Translations under genes and position numbers: made by a program | Notes under the pieces: generated by a model | Databases searched by the model: none | What the model saw: only the letters and a program-made list of their open reading frames with translations | What the model was told of the DNA's origin: nothing | Part shown: positions 1-9,035 of the stretch, piece after piece | Numbering within the stretch: the first letter of the stretch is position 1 | How the letters are laid out: each line of letters starts with the position of its first letter | IMG/VR virus record: IMGVR_UViG_3300030012_001430 | Coordinates: 6,156-70,155 of that record | From: a virus | Length of the DNA stretch: 64,000 bases | Strand: one strand, 5' to 3'

Positions 1-98
1 GCATTAAATACAGTTCTGATATCCTCCTGCCAATTCTCATCTTTTATTTCCAATCCTTCTATCGTTCCATTTTCATATTCTGTTTCATCTGTTTTCAT
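1..98 (-). CDS. 5' part of a gene running off the window (MKTDETEYENGTIEGLEIKDENWQEDIRTVFN...)
   Basis: ATG at 98 directly after the stop of 101..343; frame open to the window edge. Confidence 0.6.
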   Translation of the reverse strand, partial: MKTDETEYENGTIEGLEIKDENWQEDIRTVFN

Positions 99-100
99 TT

Positions 101-343
101 TTATATTCCTCCCATTTGTTCTACTCTCAGGTCTTGCTCGTTCTCAAACTCATGGTATGCTCTGTGTCCTGCTATGAACCCACCAGCATGTCTCTTTGTT
201 CCTAAGAACTCCTCACCACAAACAGGACAAACAACCTTCACAATCATTGCCTGTTTGTAGTATCCATCTGTTGATATTATTGTCAACATATGTCCTATGT
301 CGTCTTCGCTTATGTCGTCTATATTTGCATCTTCCTTTGTCAT
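101..343 (-). CDS. small zinc-finger protein
   Basis: CPVC...H-x3-H pattern; overlapping start/stop in the minus-strand operon. Confidence 0.7.
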   Translation of the reverse strand: MTKEDANIDDISEDDIGHMLTIISTDGYYKQAMIVKVVCPVCGEEFLGTKRHAGGFIAGHRAYHEFENEQDLRVEQMGGI

Positions 344-639
344 GCTTTCACCTTCATATAATGTCGAAGTGATTTGATTGGTCTCGGTGGAGACAATCGA
401 GGTTCTTCGACAACAACCTCTATTTTCTTCTTCAACTTCTCTGCTAGTTTGTCTTTCTCTTTTACACTAACACCATGCTTCTTGATGTAAGGTAGCAATG
501 TGTTTCTTCTGTACTCTTCCTTCCACATCACCTGTATGCAGTCATGGCACAATCTACCGTTCTTCGCCTGTTCCTCAGAAGGCTCTTGATACTCAGCACC
601 ACATAGGGTCTTGTCTAGGATTTGAAAATGTATAATCAC
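340..639 (-). CDS. hypothetical protein, possibly Zn-binding
   Basis: GTG at 639 overlaps the upstream stop; H...LCG...CHDC motif. Confidence 0.6.
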   Translation of the reverse strand: MIIHFQILDKTLCGAEYQEPSEEQAKNGRLCHDCIQVMWKEEYRRNTLLPYIKKHGVSVKEKDKLAEKLKKKIEVVVEEPRLSPPRPIKSLRHYMKVKA

Positions 640-815
640 TCTTCCTCCTCCTTTGGTGGTATCCAACTTTTATCAGTTAGAACTTTCAATCTTAGTTGGT
701 TTGTGGTAAGACCATACTTGAGTTGATTATGTATCCACTCACTTCTATTGGTTAGATTCTCCCACTTTTCCATGTCTTCTGCTCTTACATACACATTGAA
801 TCTCTTACCCCTCAT
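636..815 (-). CDS. small ribbon-helix-helix-like DNA-binding protein (59 aa, not in ORF track)
   Basis: MRGKRFNVYVRAEDMEKWENLTNRSEWIH...: beta strand then two helices; ATGA-type overlaps at both ends. Confidence 0.55.
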   Translation of the reverse strand: MRGKRFNVYVRAEDMEKWENLTNRSEWIHNQLKYGLTTNQLRLKVLTDKSWIPPKEEEE

Positions 816-1042
816 TCTTCCTTCTCCCTGTACGCTGGATGTGTCTTCGGCAACCTGTGCAGTCTTCTTACAATCATGTTGTTCACTAGATTGGATACTG
901 AGTCAGCACCATCTGCAAATCTCTTAGTTGCAACATCATCCCCTGAAGGACACATCCTCTCTTCTAATTCTGTTAAGTCTATTTTATCCATTATATATCT
1001 CAATACTTCATATTCAACGTGTATCTTTGAACTCGCTCTCAT
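812..1042 (-). CDS. hypothetical protein
   Basis: coupled start/stop with neighbours; upstream GGTGA. Confidence 0.65.
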   Translation of the reverse strand: MRASSKIHVEYEVLRYIMDKIDLTELEERMCPSGDDVATKRFADGADSVSNLVNNMIVRRLHRLPKTHPAYREKEE

Positions 1043-1206
1043 TTATCTTCACCTCTACATTTTTTACATGATAGATTCTGCATACATCTACCACAAATCA
1101 AAGTTGCTTCCTTAAGTGGAAGAGGTACTCCTGCACTACTCGCTTCACCTAGAAAGGTCTCAAGTGGATAGTGACAGGAACACTCTTCACAATCACATTC
1201 TTTCAT
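1039..1206 (-). CDS. Cys-rich zinc-binding microprotein (55 aa)
   Basis: MKECDCEECSCH...CGRC...CKKC; ATG at 1206 overlaps the ThiF stop. Confidence 0.6.
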   Translation of the reverse strand: MKECDCEECSCHYPLETFLGEASSAGVPLPLKEATLICGRCMQNLSCKKCRGEDK

Positions 1207-1805
1207 ATGTTCAACACCATCATGTCTTTGACATCGTTGTTGTCGTTGAACCACTTCTGTATCCATTGTGCTGCTGTTGCAGCAATTACAATATTCATGC
1301 AATCAATATCTCTAGCAGTGCCATCCCAAGATTGTGCCTGACATGAAAATGACCCTTCAGCACCTTCTCCAAGACTTTTCATCGAGGGGTCAGCGAGATA
1401 AGAAAGCAATAGGGCATTTCGACCCTGCGCCCGTAAATCTAGCCACTTCAACTTAGCATCTGCACCAAACCCCTGCTGATACAATAAACGCCTCACAGCA
1501 AGGTTATCTGCACAGCAAACCACCAAGTTGTAGCCCTGTAACTGCTTTGCTGTTAGAACCTTGAAAGGCTCATCGTTAACTGTGCCACGAAAGGATGTGT
1601 CCCATATCCTGTCTGCTAGAACACCTGCTTTGTTCTCTCCTATATCACTAACAGTGAAGTTCTGATATCCGATGTTCTTCCTCTCAACACCATCATCATC
1701 AAACACTGTTATTCTATATCCTAGTCTTTGGAGGAATTGTGTTAGGAAACTACCAATTCCACCTGCTCCAATTATCATTATTCTTCTATTCATCATTTTT
1801 ATCAC
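1203..1805 (-). CDS. ThiF/MoeB/E1-family adenylating enzyme
   Basis: IIGAGGIGS nucleotide-binding loop, DDDGVERKNIGYQ, GENKA and CADN motifs. Confidence 0.9.
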   Translation of the reverse strand: MIKMMNRRIMIIGAGGIGSFLTQFLQRLGYRITVFDDDGVERKNIGYQNFTVSDIGENKAGVLADRIWDTSFRGTVNDEPFKVLTAKQLQGYNLVVCCADNLAVRRLLYQQGFGADAKLKWLDLRAQGRNALLLSYLADPSMKSLGEGAEGSFSCQAQSWDGTARDIDCMNIVIAATAAQWIQKWFNDNNDVKDMMVLNI

Positions 1806-2028
1806 CTATATCTATTACATTGTTGTCTATCTGTTGTTGTTGATAGTGATGCCATGCATCTACTATCTCGTTTGTTATTCCATCCATTGTCGCACCGACA
1901 ACGCTGATTGCGTCTTCTAACACAGTTCTTCTGACAACGTTCTTCAACTGTGGTAGATTCTCATACTCTTCAATGAACTTACTGAAGTGGTATTGCATTC
2001 TCTTTAATGTCTCAATCAGTTCTTCCAT
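1786..2028 (-). CDS. hypothetical helical protein
   Basis: ATG at 2028 just after the TFIIB stop (MEELIETLK...). Confidence 0.6.
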   Translation of the reverse strand: MEELIETLKRMQYHFSKFIEEYENLPQLKNVVRRTVLEDAISVVGATMDGITNEIVDAWHHYQQQQIDNNVIDIGDKNDE

Positions 2029-2029
2029 C

Positions 2030-2932
2030 TTAATACGCTCCTGATGTGAAATCAGACACAGATAGGCTGTATAGGTCTTCTTTCGATAGACCAAACATAT
2101 TCTGCATCTCTCTCACCTGTTCTCTCAACCCCATTGCTGATGTTGTGTTACCCGAAGCCTTCACTAGACTTTCTTGAGTTACTCTGTATTTTCTCTGCAT
2201 TCTTCCTGCAACCCACAATCCAGCAACAACCTTGTTCGGTGAGAATCTCAAATGCTGCTCTTGATAGAAAGTCTCCAAGAACTGAATCATGCTCATCGCT
2301 TCCATTCGATATCCTGTGGGCATCTCATCCAACCTATCCAAGATGGATGATGCCATAGTCATCGCATTCTCCTGTGTGAAGACATACGACTTTCTGAAAT
2401 GCCTCGCTACTCTCTTACCCCAACGTGAGATATACTTCCTCTCAACCATCGAGTATCTACTATGCTCTCTTATGTTCATAGGCACTTTACTTTCCTTCAA
2501 TATGAAGAAGGTCAAGGCTGCTGCTCTATGTTCGACAGAAGCACCTCTGAACACATGCTCGTTATTGAGCGAACGAAGATACTCCTCTACCTTCTTCTTG
2601 ATAGAGGAACTAACTTGATAGTTAGATAGAATCATCTGAGACAAAACAATAGTTCTGTTATCTGCCTCAGATAATGCAGAGGCATACATGTTGTGCTTCT
2701 TCATCCTAACCATCTGATTGTGATTGTAGTTGGATTTGGTCTCCATGATTAGAGAACCCAACCTGTTTGTCGGTTCGTGTGTATGATTACCATCCTTTAG
2801 TATTGATGTGGTTTCCTCAAACGGTCTGATGACCTGAACCAAACCACAACTGTTGCATACGTTCTCACCCAATACATCATCGAAGAAACTATCATGTTCA
2901 CCACATTCGGGACAAGCCATGACTATCTCCAT
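2030..2932 (-). CDS. tfb: transcription initiation factor IIB (TFB) homolog
   Basis: N-terminal zinc ribbon CPEC...GENVCNSCGLV followed by two cyclin-like helical repeats; about 300 aa. Confidence 0.85.
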   Translation of the reverse strand: MEIVMACPECGEHDSFFDDVLGENVCNSCGLVQVIRPFEETTSILKDGNHTHEPTNRLGSLIMETKSNYNHNQMVRMKKHNMYASALSEADNRTIVLSQMILSNYQVSSSIKKKVEEYLRSLNNEHVFRGASVEHRAAALTFFILKESKVPMNIREHSRYSMVERKYISRWGKRVARHFRKSYVFTQENAMTMASSILDRLDEMPTGYRMEAMSMIQFLETFYQEQHLRFSPNKVVAGLWVAGRMQRKYRVTQESLVKASGNTTSAMGLREQVREMQNMFGLSKEDLYSLSVSDFTSGAY

Positions 2933-4161
2933 GTTATGTCCTCCGTAAACCTAGCAGCACTTAACTTTGCAACGGGTATTCTGAAGTTCGTTTTCTTAAC
3001 ATCAGATAGAGTCCTGACAGCCTTCACAGCCACAGTATCATTGAAGACAAGTGTTGCTCTCGTTGATATTTGGTCTCCAACCACATTCTTTCCATTGACA
3101 TCATCGACACAGAACGGTCCTTGAACATCAGTAAGAGAGTTGAAGAATACCAACTTACATCTCTGAGTTCCTGATTGGTTGTTATTAGGATAACACAACC
3201 AATCTCCTAACTGACCTTTGATATGCATAGCAAAATGGTACTTTTGTGATTTCCCTTCTAGTTTTAGATTGGAAAAAGGTGCTTTTCTCAAATCAACCAG
3301 TGTATATTGGGATTTCTTATCCATGTCTTGCAACAAGGTGAACGCTCTCTCTTCCACAATCCAATCAGTTCTGTTCTGCATCAACCATGCTTTCATCAAA
3401 CTCTCTTCAGATTCACTGGCATGAGTGCCAAACATATTGAACCACAGATTAGAAGGACTAATGTTAGCCCATTTCTTTGACCTGTTTGCCTTGTTCCTGT
3501 AACAATCAATGAATGTATTCGCTTCATCGATAGGTAGTGAACCCCAAATGTTCTTGGATATCTCAAATGCTACTTCATCCCTGCTGATTAGATTGGTGTT
3601 AATCTTAACATTGTATTGAGTGCCTTCAGAGAATAACCAATACGGCGACCTGTTCTGCAATGCATACAGTATGTTTGCTGAATAAGTAACGTTCCTATCG
3701 ATATATGCATCCATTGCCTCTGCACATCTAGTCATCGAACCATAGCCGATAATCTTAGCAAGAGCCATACAGACATCGACTTGATTCTTCTTTACACCAT
3801 TCATGAAGATGGTGCTACCAGTCTTTCTCAGTATGACTGAAGACTCACCATTTGGATATCGGAATGTTATCCATGTTCTCTCATCTGATTTGCTGTTAGG
3901 AGTAGTCCTAACGAATATATCATACATGTTCTTCGCAAATACATTCCAATAAGTGTTCTCATGGAACTTCTTCTTCGTTAAGTCTCTGCTAGTAAGTCTG
4001 ATGAATACTTCACCAAACCTGTTAGTTCCCCTGTTAGTGAGCAAGTGATGATACCTGTTCGTCTTACAAAGGAATGAACTGGTAGCGTTATCTCTTTCTC
4101 TATCGCTTCTTATTCTTGGTAGTTCCATTTTTATTTTCATTTTCATCACCATTTCTTTCAT
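2923..4161 (-). CDS. hypothetical 412 aa protein with a possible E2-like C-terminal domain
   Basis: long ORF in the operon; GPFCVDD resembles the UBC G-x-I-C-L-D motif (function speculative). Confidence 0.75.
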   Translation of the reverse strand: MKEMVMKMKIKMELPRIRSDRERDNATSSFLCKTNRYHHLLTNRGTNRFGEVFIRLTSRDLTKKKFHENTYWNVFAKNMYDIFVRTTPNSKSDERTWITFRYPNGESSVILRKTGSTIFMNGVKKNQVDVCMALAKIIGYGSMTRCAEAMDAYIDRNVTYSANILYALQNRSPYWLFSEGTQYNVKINTNLISRDEVAFEISKNIWGSLPIDEANTFIDCYRNKANRSKKWANISPSNLWFNMFGTHASESEESLMKAWLMQNRTDWIVEERAFTLLQDMDKKSQYTLVDLRKAPFSNLKLEGKSQKYHFAMHIKGQLGDWLCYPNNNQSGTQRCKLVFFNSLTDVQGPFCVDDVNGKNVVGDQISTRATLVFNDTVAVKAVRTLSDVKKTNFRIPVAKLSAARFTEDITWR

Positions 4162-4384
4162 AGTATAGTTTCTTATTATACAGGGTATCTAATTCTCCTG
4201 TCGATAAATCGGTGTAACCTAACCGAATGTAATATCTTATTCTGTTGAGAACTAGGGTTGATGGATATTTCCTTCCATCTTCCCTAGTCCTCTTGTATAG
4301 ATTAGATAGAGACTCCTTAGCACCAGCGTTTGTCATCCTATCGATGACCTCGCTTTCTATTGCTAGGACTTGTTCTCTATTCAT
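4100..4384 (-). CDS. hypothetical protein
   Basis: ATG overlaps the RNR stop. Confidence 0.55.
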   Translation of the reverse strand: MNREQVLAIESEVIDRMTNAGAKESLSNLYKRTREDGRKYPSTLVLNRIRYYIRLGYTDLSTGELDTLYNKKLYYERNGDENENKNGTTKNKKR

Positions 4385-6270
4385 ATCTCACAGACTCCAC
4401 CTGCACAAGCAAGTTCTCCTTGCAAGTCGGTGTTGTCCTCTAACTCAACAACTTCAGTCAAATCAATCTCAGTCAGAAGTTTGAGCATAGTTTCGTATTG
4501 CTTCTTGCTTATCGGTTCGTGTGGTGCTTGCTTGTAGACACCACCATCGAACGGTAGAACAGATAGACCATTGTAGAAGTCTCTGTTCTTCCACATCCAG
4601 TTTCTCACATCATCCCATTCATCCTCACGGATGTTGACAGTTGCAGAAACGTTGTGAGTGTTGACACCTCTGTTGTGTCCTGTTACAACCCAATCAACAG
4701 ATACTCTCTTCACTCTCTCCAACATCTCCAATGCTGATTCCTCTCTTGTTATTGAAGTTCCATCAGGAGTCTTCTGTGGTATTGAGATGATTGCCTGATT
4801 AGGATTGTGATAGTCATCCTCAACCAAGTCGGGGAACTTCGTTATCAGATAGTTGTAGATTGATTCCGTCTTCAACACTCTGATTCTCCTGATGTAGTAT
4901 TCAGACCACCAAGCGTGAATGCCTGATGATGTTCCCATAACTAGACTGGTTGTTCCAGCAGGTTTGACACAAGTGATTCTTGCTGCTGTGTTAATGCCCA
5001 ACGCATTAGCGAAGAACTCATTCGTGCTTCTTGCTTTGTTAGCAGCAGACTCCATATCTAAATCTAGAACTCTACCACTTGCTATTCCAGTCATTGATAC
5101 ACCGAGTAGTGCATCTTTCTCAGATGTCTTCTTCCATACTTCTCTGAGGTAATGGAAGTCAGTGTAGGATGCTTGCAGTGTTCCTAAGAACGTTGCATGT
5201 TCTACTCTCTTGTTAAGGTCAGACTGACTACTTACATCTGACACATTCACTTCTGTCAAGTTGCAGAACTGATATGGTCGAAGTGCTATCTCACAACAAG
5301 GGTTAGTTCCCCAATCCTTATCGTTGCTGAAATAGAATCCGGGTTCACCTGAACCTGAGTCTTGAACCCTCTTCCATAGATTGTTGAAGAAGTCCCTCTT
5401 GATTCTGTGTCGTAGTAGAACTACTGAGTTGTTTGCTCTTGCTCTCTGTGGGTTCTTCTCCCAAAAGTGTCCTGACTTCGATGTTATCATGTCATCGTCA
5501 TCAGCACTGAACAAACTGATTAGTGCTGCTCTGCGAATACCACCTGCTAACACTGCATCTGCGATGTAGCAAACGATATCGTGTGCTTCTAGTGTAGTTA
5601 GTTTGTCGCCGTTGTTCTTGTTAGCGAGAATACCCTCGACCTTCACTAGACATTCCTTCAGAGGTTGTGGGCCGGGTGCTTTTCCTCCACTGGTTTTCAG
5701 TGGGCTTCCCTTTGGCCTGACATCTGAATAGTCGAACCTGACTGTCGTTGCTCTCTTACCAATATAAGACTCAAACAGAACCTTGACTGCATCTGCCCAT
5801 CCTTCGATGGAATCAGCAACTAGATGTCTGTAAGTTCTCTTTGGATTAGGCAATCTAATCTCAGGCAACTGGTCTACATGATGTCTTTGCACCGAGTAGC
5901 CAACGCCTGTTCCTCCTAGTAATAGGAACATTGCCTCTGAAAACGACAGGTAATGGTCGATAGGCATGTATGCACAATTGTATACTCTGTTTGGTGAGAG
6001 TTCAATCGGCTTACCTGCAAACTGCATCGACCTCATCGAAGGTAGTATCTTCTTTGGGATAACATAGTTATCATAAGTGTCGTGAATCTTCTCGTAGATT
6101 GTTTGTTTTGTTTCTTCGGGTAGGTCTCTCTTTCTGATTGAGTCCAAATGCATCTGTCTGTTTCTCTGACAAATCTCTTCCCAAGTTTCCTTTCGCTGGT
6201 CTGCTTCTTTCCACTTTGCATACTTCATATGCACAGTGATATCTGATAGTATCTCTTGTTGTATTTCCAT
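4381..6270 (-). CDS. nrdJ: class II (adenosylcobalamin-dependent) ribonucleotide reductase
   Basis: YNCAY, GGIRRAALISL, TNPCCEI thiyl-radical motif, QFCNLTEVN, CVKPAGT, C-terminal CAGGVCEI. Confidence 0.95.
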   Translation of the reverse strand: MEIQQEILSDITVHMKYAKWKEADQRKETWEEICQRNRQMHLDSIRKRDLPEETKQTIYEKIHDTYDNYVIPKKILPSMRSMQFAGKPIELSPNRVYNCAYMPIDHYLSFSEAMFLLLGGTGVGYSVQRHHVDQLPEIRLPNPKRTYRHLVADSIEGWADAVKVLFESYIGKRATTVRFDYSDVRPKGSPLKTSGGKAPGPQPLKECLVKVEGILANKNNGDKLTTLEAHDIVCYIADAVLAGGIRRAALISLFSADDDDMITSKSGHFWEKNPQRARANNSVVLLRHRIKRDFFNNLWKRVQDSGSGEPGFYFSNDKDWGTNPCCEIALRPYQFCNLTEVNVSDVSSQSDLNKRVEHATFLGTLQASYTDFHYLREVWKKTSEKDALLGVSMTGIASGRVLDLDMESAANKARSTNEFFANALGINTAARITCVKPAGTTSLVMGTSSGIHAWWSEYYIRRIRVLKTESIYNYLITKFPDLVEDDYHNPNQAIISIPQKTPDGTSITREESALEMLERVKRVSVDWVVTGHNRGVNTHNVSATVNIREDEWDDVRNWMWKNRDFYNGLSVLPFDGGVYKQAPHEPISKKQYETMLKLLTEIDLTEVVELEDNTDLQGELACAGGVCEI

Positions 6271-6292
6271 AAATTCATCTCCTTATTGAGTT

Positions 6293-6318
6293 AAAAAAAG
6301 AAGGGCGTTGCACCCTTC
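6293..6318 (-). terminator. hairpin plus U-tract downstream of the Ubl gene
   Basis: minus strand GAAGGG-tgcaacg-CCCTTC-TTTTTTT. Confidence 0.65.
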
Positions 6319-6359
6319 CGGCAGTCAAACTACTACTGCTAAGACTATCTAAAACCGAT

Positions 6360-6566
6360 TTAACAGCCGCCTACGACTTGTTCCATCAGTTTAACTTCAT
6401 TGACTGAATCCCAGTCAACATCAGGTATTCTTTCCTCGCTGACCATTACATCGTCAACTACTACCCAATGTGTCGGATGGTCATTTATCTGCTCCATCAG
6501 ACCTGCTAGGTTCACTTCCATTTCCGTGTGTCCACTGTCATCTTGTATTATCAATTTCATTTTCAT
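6360..6566 (-). CDS. ubiquitin-like/ThiS-MoaD-SAMP beta-grasp protein ending VVGG-C
   Basis: 68 aa; N-terminal beta hairpin, helix, terminal strand EVKLMEQVVGG; upstream GGAGG. Confidence 0.7.
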   Translation of the reverse strand: MKMKLIIQDDSGHTEMEVNLAGLMEQINDHPTHWVVVDDVMVSEERIPDVDWDSVNEVKLMEQVVGGC

Positions 6567-6597
6567 TTTCCTCCATTTTGTTTTCTTTCGTTTTTAT

Positions 6598-6798
6598 TTA
6601 GTCGCCATTCAAAGCCCGGATTCTACCGGACAGAATAGCGATTGTCTTTTCATACTCCTTGGTGAGTGCAATGTGGTTGTTTGCCACCTGCATCACCTGT
6701 TGTAGTTGATTAGTGAGTTCTGCAATCCTTGCATCCTTCTCATCAACCACAGGCATTTCTTCTTCTTTCTTTTCTTTCTTTTCATTTTTCTTTGTCAT
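6598..6798 (-). CDS. small coiled-coil protein
   Basis: heptad-like IAELTNQLQQVMQVANNH; GGAGG upstream. Confidence 0.7.
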   Translation of the reverse strand: MTKKNEKKEKKEEEMPVVDEKDARIAELTNQLQQVMQVANNHIALTKEYEKTIAILSGRIRALNGD

Positions 6799-7955
6799 TT
6801 TATTACCTCCTTGTGTTCATCAATCAACTTAGAGACTTGCCCCTTTGTTAACTCCTCAGTATTACCTTCGTAGCCCAATGACCGCAGGTAATTCACCTGA
6901 CGTTCAGTTGGCTTATCATTGTAGCGACTGATTATGGTCTTCAACTTAGTAACTTGCCGTGGTGACAGGTCTCTTCGTCTGATTACTCGACTCTCCATGT
7001 CAGTCAAGAATCGCTTCTCCCACTGATTGATTCCCATTTCAGGATTAAACACTGGAATGTCAAAGTATTCACAGGCATCATGGAACTCATGCTCTTTCTT
7101 CTCACGAAGCACACTGTTCCTGATTGCTATCTGCTTTCGATATTCCTCGTTCTTCAACTGCTGAGTCTCGATAGCCTCATCCTCTGCTGCTACCGTAGCC
7201 CTGTGTCTATCAATCAACATGTGAAAGATGTCCATGTCAGTAATCAGTTTCTCATTGGGATAACCCCTAGTGTGAATCTGAGCCTTCGGATTATCAGGAT
7301 GATTCCATCGCCAAACGATAGAAGCCATCTCGTAGTCCATTGAACCCGGTCTTCCACTACCCTTCTTGCGTATCTTGGTCTCGTCTATCGTGACACCTAG
7401 AGATTGGTCATACACCTTCCTGCCTGACCTACGAACATTGACTCTCAAATCCAACTCCTTGATTTCGTTGAACGTTCTCTCAAAGTCCTCTCCATTGTGT
7501 CTCCACCAAGCATCCTTGATTAGTGCTGAGACTCTGACATCAATCCATTCCTGAATCATGTCTTCTGTAATTGCTTCAGGGTTGATACCTGTCTCTTCTA
7601 CGATTGCTCTCAGAATCATGTAGGAGTTAATGTGGTCTGAACCAACACACTCTCTAACATCAGTCTCAGTGTTGTGTATCTCGAAATGATATACGATGTG
7701 ATGCTCACACAGGCACTTGTTCGGGTGATTCTCTGCCCATGCAGGTCTTGGCGTTCCAATCCCTTGCCACCAAACTTCTCCTGTTGCAATCCACTCATGC
7801 TTCGCATCATCGTAGTTGTCAGCAACTGAAAGAGCAGTCATGTTCTCTCTCAGTTTCTTATCCCATCTACCATTTCCTAATTCTCTCTTTGCTGTAACGT
7901 AGTCTTGTTTTTCCATTGTTAATTCTATTGCTTCTCTTGGTATATCCATTTTCAT
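6795..7955 (-). CDS. hypothetical protein with Zn-binding motif and C-terminal helical modules
   Basis: CLCEHHI...CVGSDHI; C-terminal PTERQVNYLRSLG...LTKGQVSKLID. Confidence 0.8.
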   Translation of the reverse strand: MKMDIPREAIELTMEKQDYVTAKRELGNGRWDKKLRENMTALSVADNYDDAKHEWIATGEVWWQGIGTPRPAWAENHPNKCLCEHHIVYHFEIHNTETDVRECVGSDHINSYMILRAIVEETGINPEAITEDMIQEWIDVRVSALIKDAWWRHNGEDFERTFNEIKELDLRVNVRRSGRKVYDQSLGVTIDETKIRKKGSGRPGSMDYEMASIVWRWNHPDNPKAQIHTRGYPNEKLITDMDIFHMLIDRHRATVAAEDEAIETQQLKNEEYRKQIAIRNSVLREKKEHEFHDACEYFDIPVFNPEMGINQWEKRFLTDMESRVIRRRDLSPRQVTKLKTIISRYNDKPTERQVNYLRSLGYEGNTEELTKGQVSKLIDEHKEVIK

Positions 7956-8063
7956 TCACCTACATACTCTTTCATGGAACATGCTTTGCAGTAAACACCT
8001 CTTCCAGTGTAGGACTTCCATAATACTCCCATCCTCCTGCATTTTGCACATCTTCCAATCTCT

Positions 8064-8309
8064 TTACTCATGTTCATCAGTTCTATCCATTAATTCATAA
8101 CCTCTCTGTTCTACTAAGAAAGCAGAGAGTAGTTCGTTTATCTTGCCGAATAATGCTTCAGCACTTCCACCAATAGTCTTACGGTGTAGAGATAACCAAA
8201 TCCTATGTTCTGCATTCAGCACAACCTTCGGGAAATCATTCTCATCCATCGTTATGATTATCGGTGGCATTGTTGGGTCATTCACTAGTCTAAATTCTAC
8301 TATATCCAT
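8064..8309 (-). CDS. hypothetical protein
   Basis: upstream GGTGA; protein-like composition. Confidence 0.65.
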   Translation of the reverse strand: MDIVEFRLVNDPTMPPIIITMDENDFPKVVLNAEHRIWLSLHRKTIGGSAEALFGKINELLSAFLVEQRGYELMDRTDEHE

Positions 8310-8491
8310 CGTTCATCACCACTCATAGCCTTGTCTTTCAGTCTCTTCTAGCATTCGCAGAGACTTATCATGACCAGCCCTCAAATACACTCTTCGCCAG
8401 TGTGCGGGGTCTTTCATGATGTCCGGCTTCTTGCCGAACACTGCGTCTTTCACATCTTTCATTTTTATTTTTATTATTTCCATTACTTCTT

Positions 8492-8794
8492 TCATTTCTT
8501 ATACCTCCCATTGAATTCGTCTTTGGGAATCAACGCTTGAAACAAACCACCAATTGACTTGGCGATTGTCATCAAGATTCTTTCTACTTTCTTCTTCTTC
8601 AATATCTCTTCGTAGATACGTTCCTTTCTCAGAAGAAAGTTGATGCTTGGCGTTCCTGCCAAGTCTATGATACTCTCATATGTTTCACCATAATACATCC
8701 TAGTAACATCGAGAGTACAATTAGTCAAATCGTTATACTCATCTTCAAGGGCTTTCCGCCCCCATATTTTCATTATTATATTCATATTGTTCAC
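8492..8794 (-). CDS. hypothetical protein
   Basis: ORF in the minus-strand operon; start uncertain. Confidence 0.5.
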   Translation of the reverse strand: MNNMNIIMKIWGRKALEDEYNDLTNCTLDVTRMYYGETYESIIDLAGTPSINFLLRKERIYEEILKKKKVERILMTIAKSIGGLFQALIPKDEFNGRYKK

Positions 8795-9035
8795 CTTTGT
8801 TCTTATGCTTGAATCTCTTAATCATATCATTCAAGTTGTTCTTAGTTGTAGCAGTCATGAACTTCTGACCACCACGAAGGAATATCAGGATACTGAAGAA
8901 CTTCTCAATGTGTTCATGTTCTCTGTTCCTGAATCTGTCCATCAATGGGTCATCCTCATCCAACGGTCTCCAAGTGAATGCTTGCATCTCCTCGACAGAG
9001 ACAATACCATTGGTAAATCGGATATATCCTTTCAT
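8745..9035 (-). CDS. hypothetical protein
   Basis: ATG overlaps the upstream stop. Confidence 0.6.
   Translation of the reverse strand: MKGYIRFTNGIVSVEEMQAFTWRPLDEDDPLMDRFRNREHEHIEKFFSILIFLRGGQKFMTATTKNNLNDMIKRFKHKNKGEQYEYNNENMGAESP

Noticed and set aside
101-343. Second Ubl because the protein ends MGGI
   Set aside because: Body is a CPVC/His zinc finger rather than a beta-grasp pattern; probably coincidental
4381-4410. GG near the RNR C-terminus as a Ubl-like end
   Set aside because: CAGGVCEI is the normal redox-active Cys tail of class II RNRs
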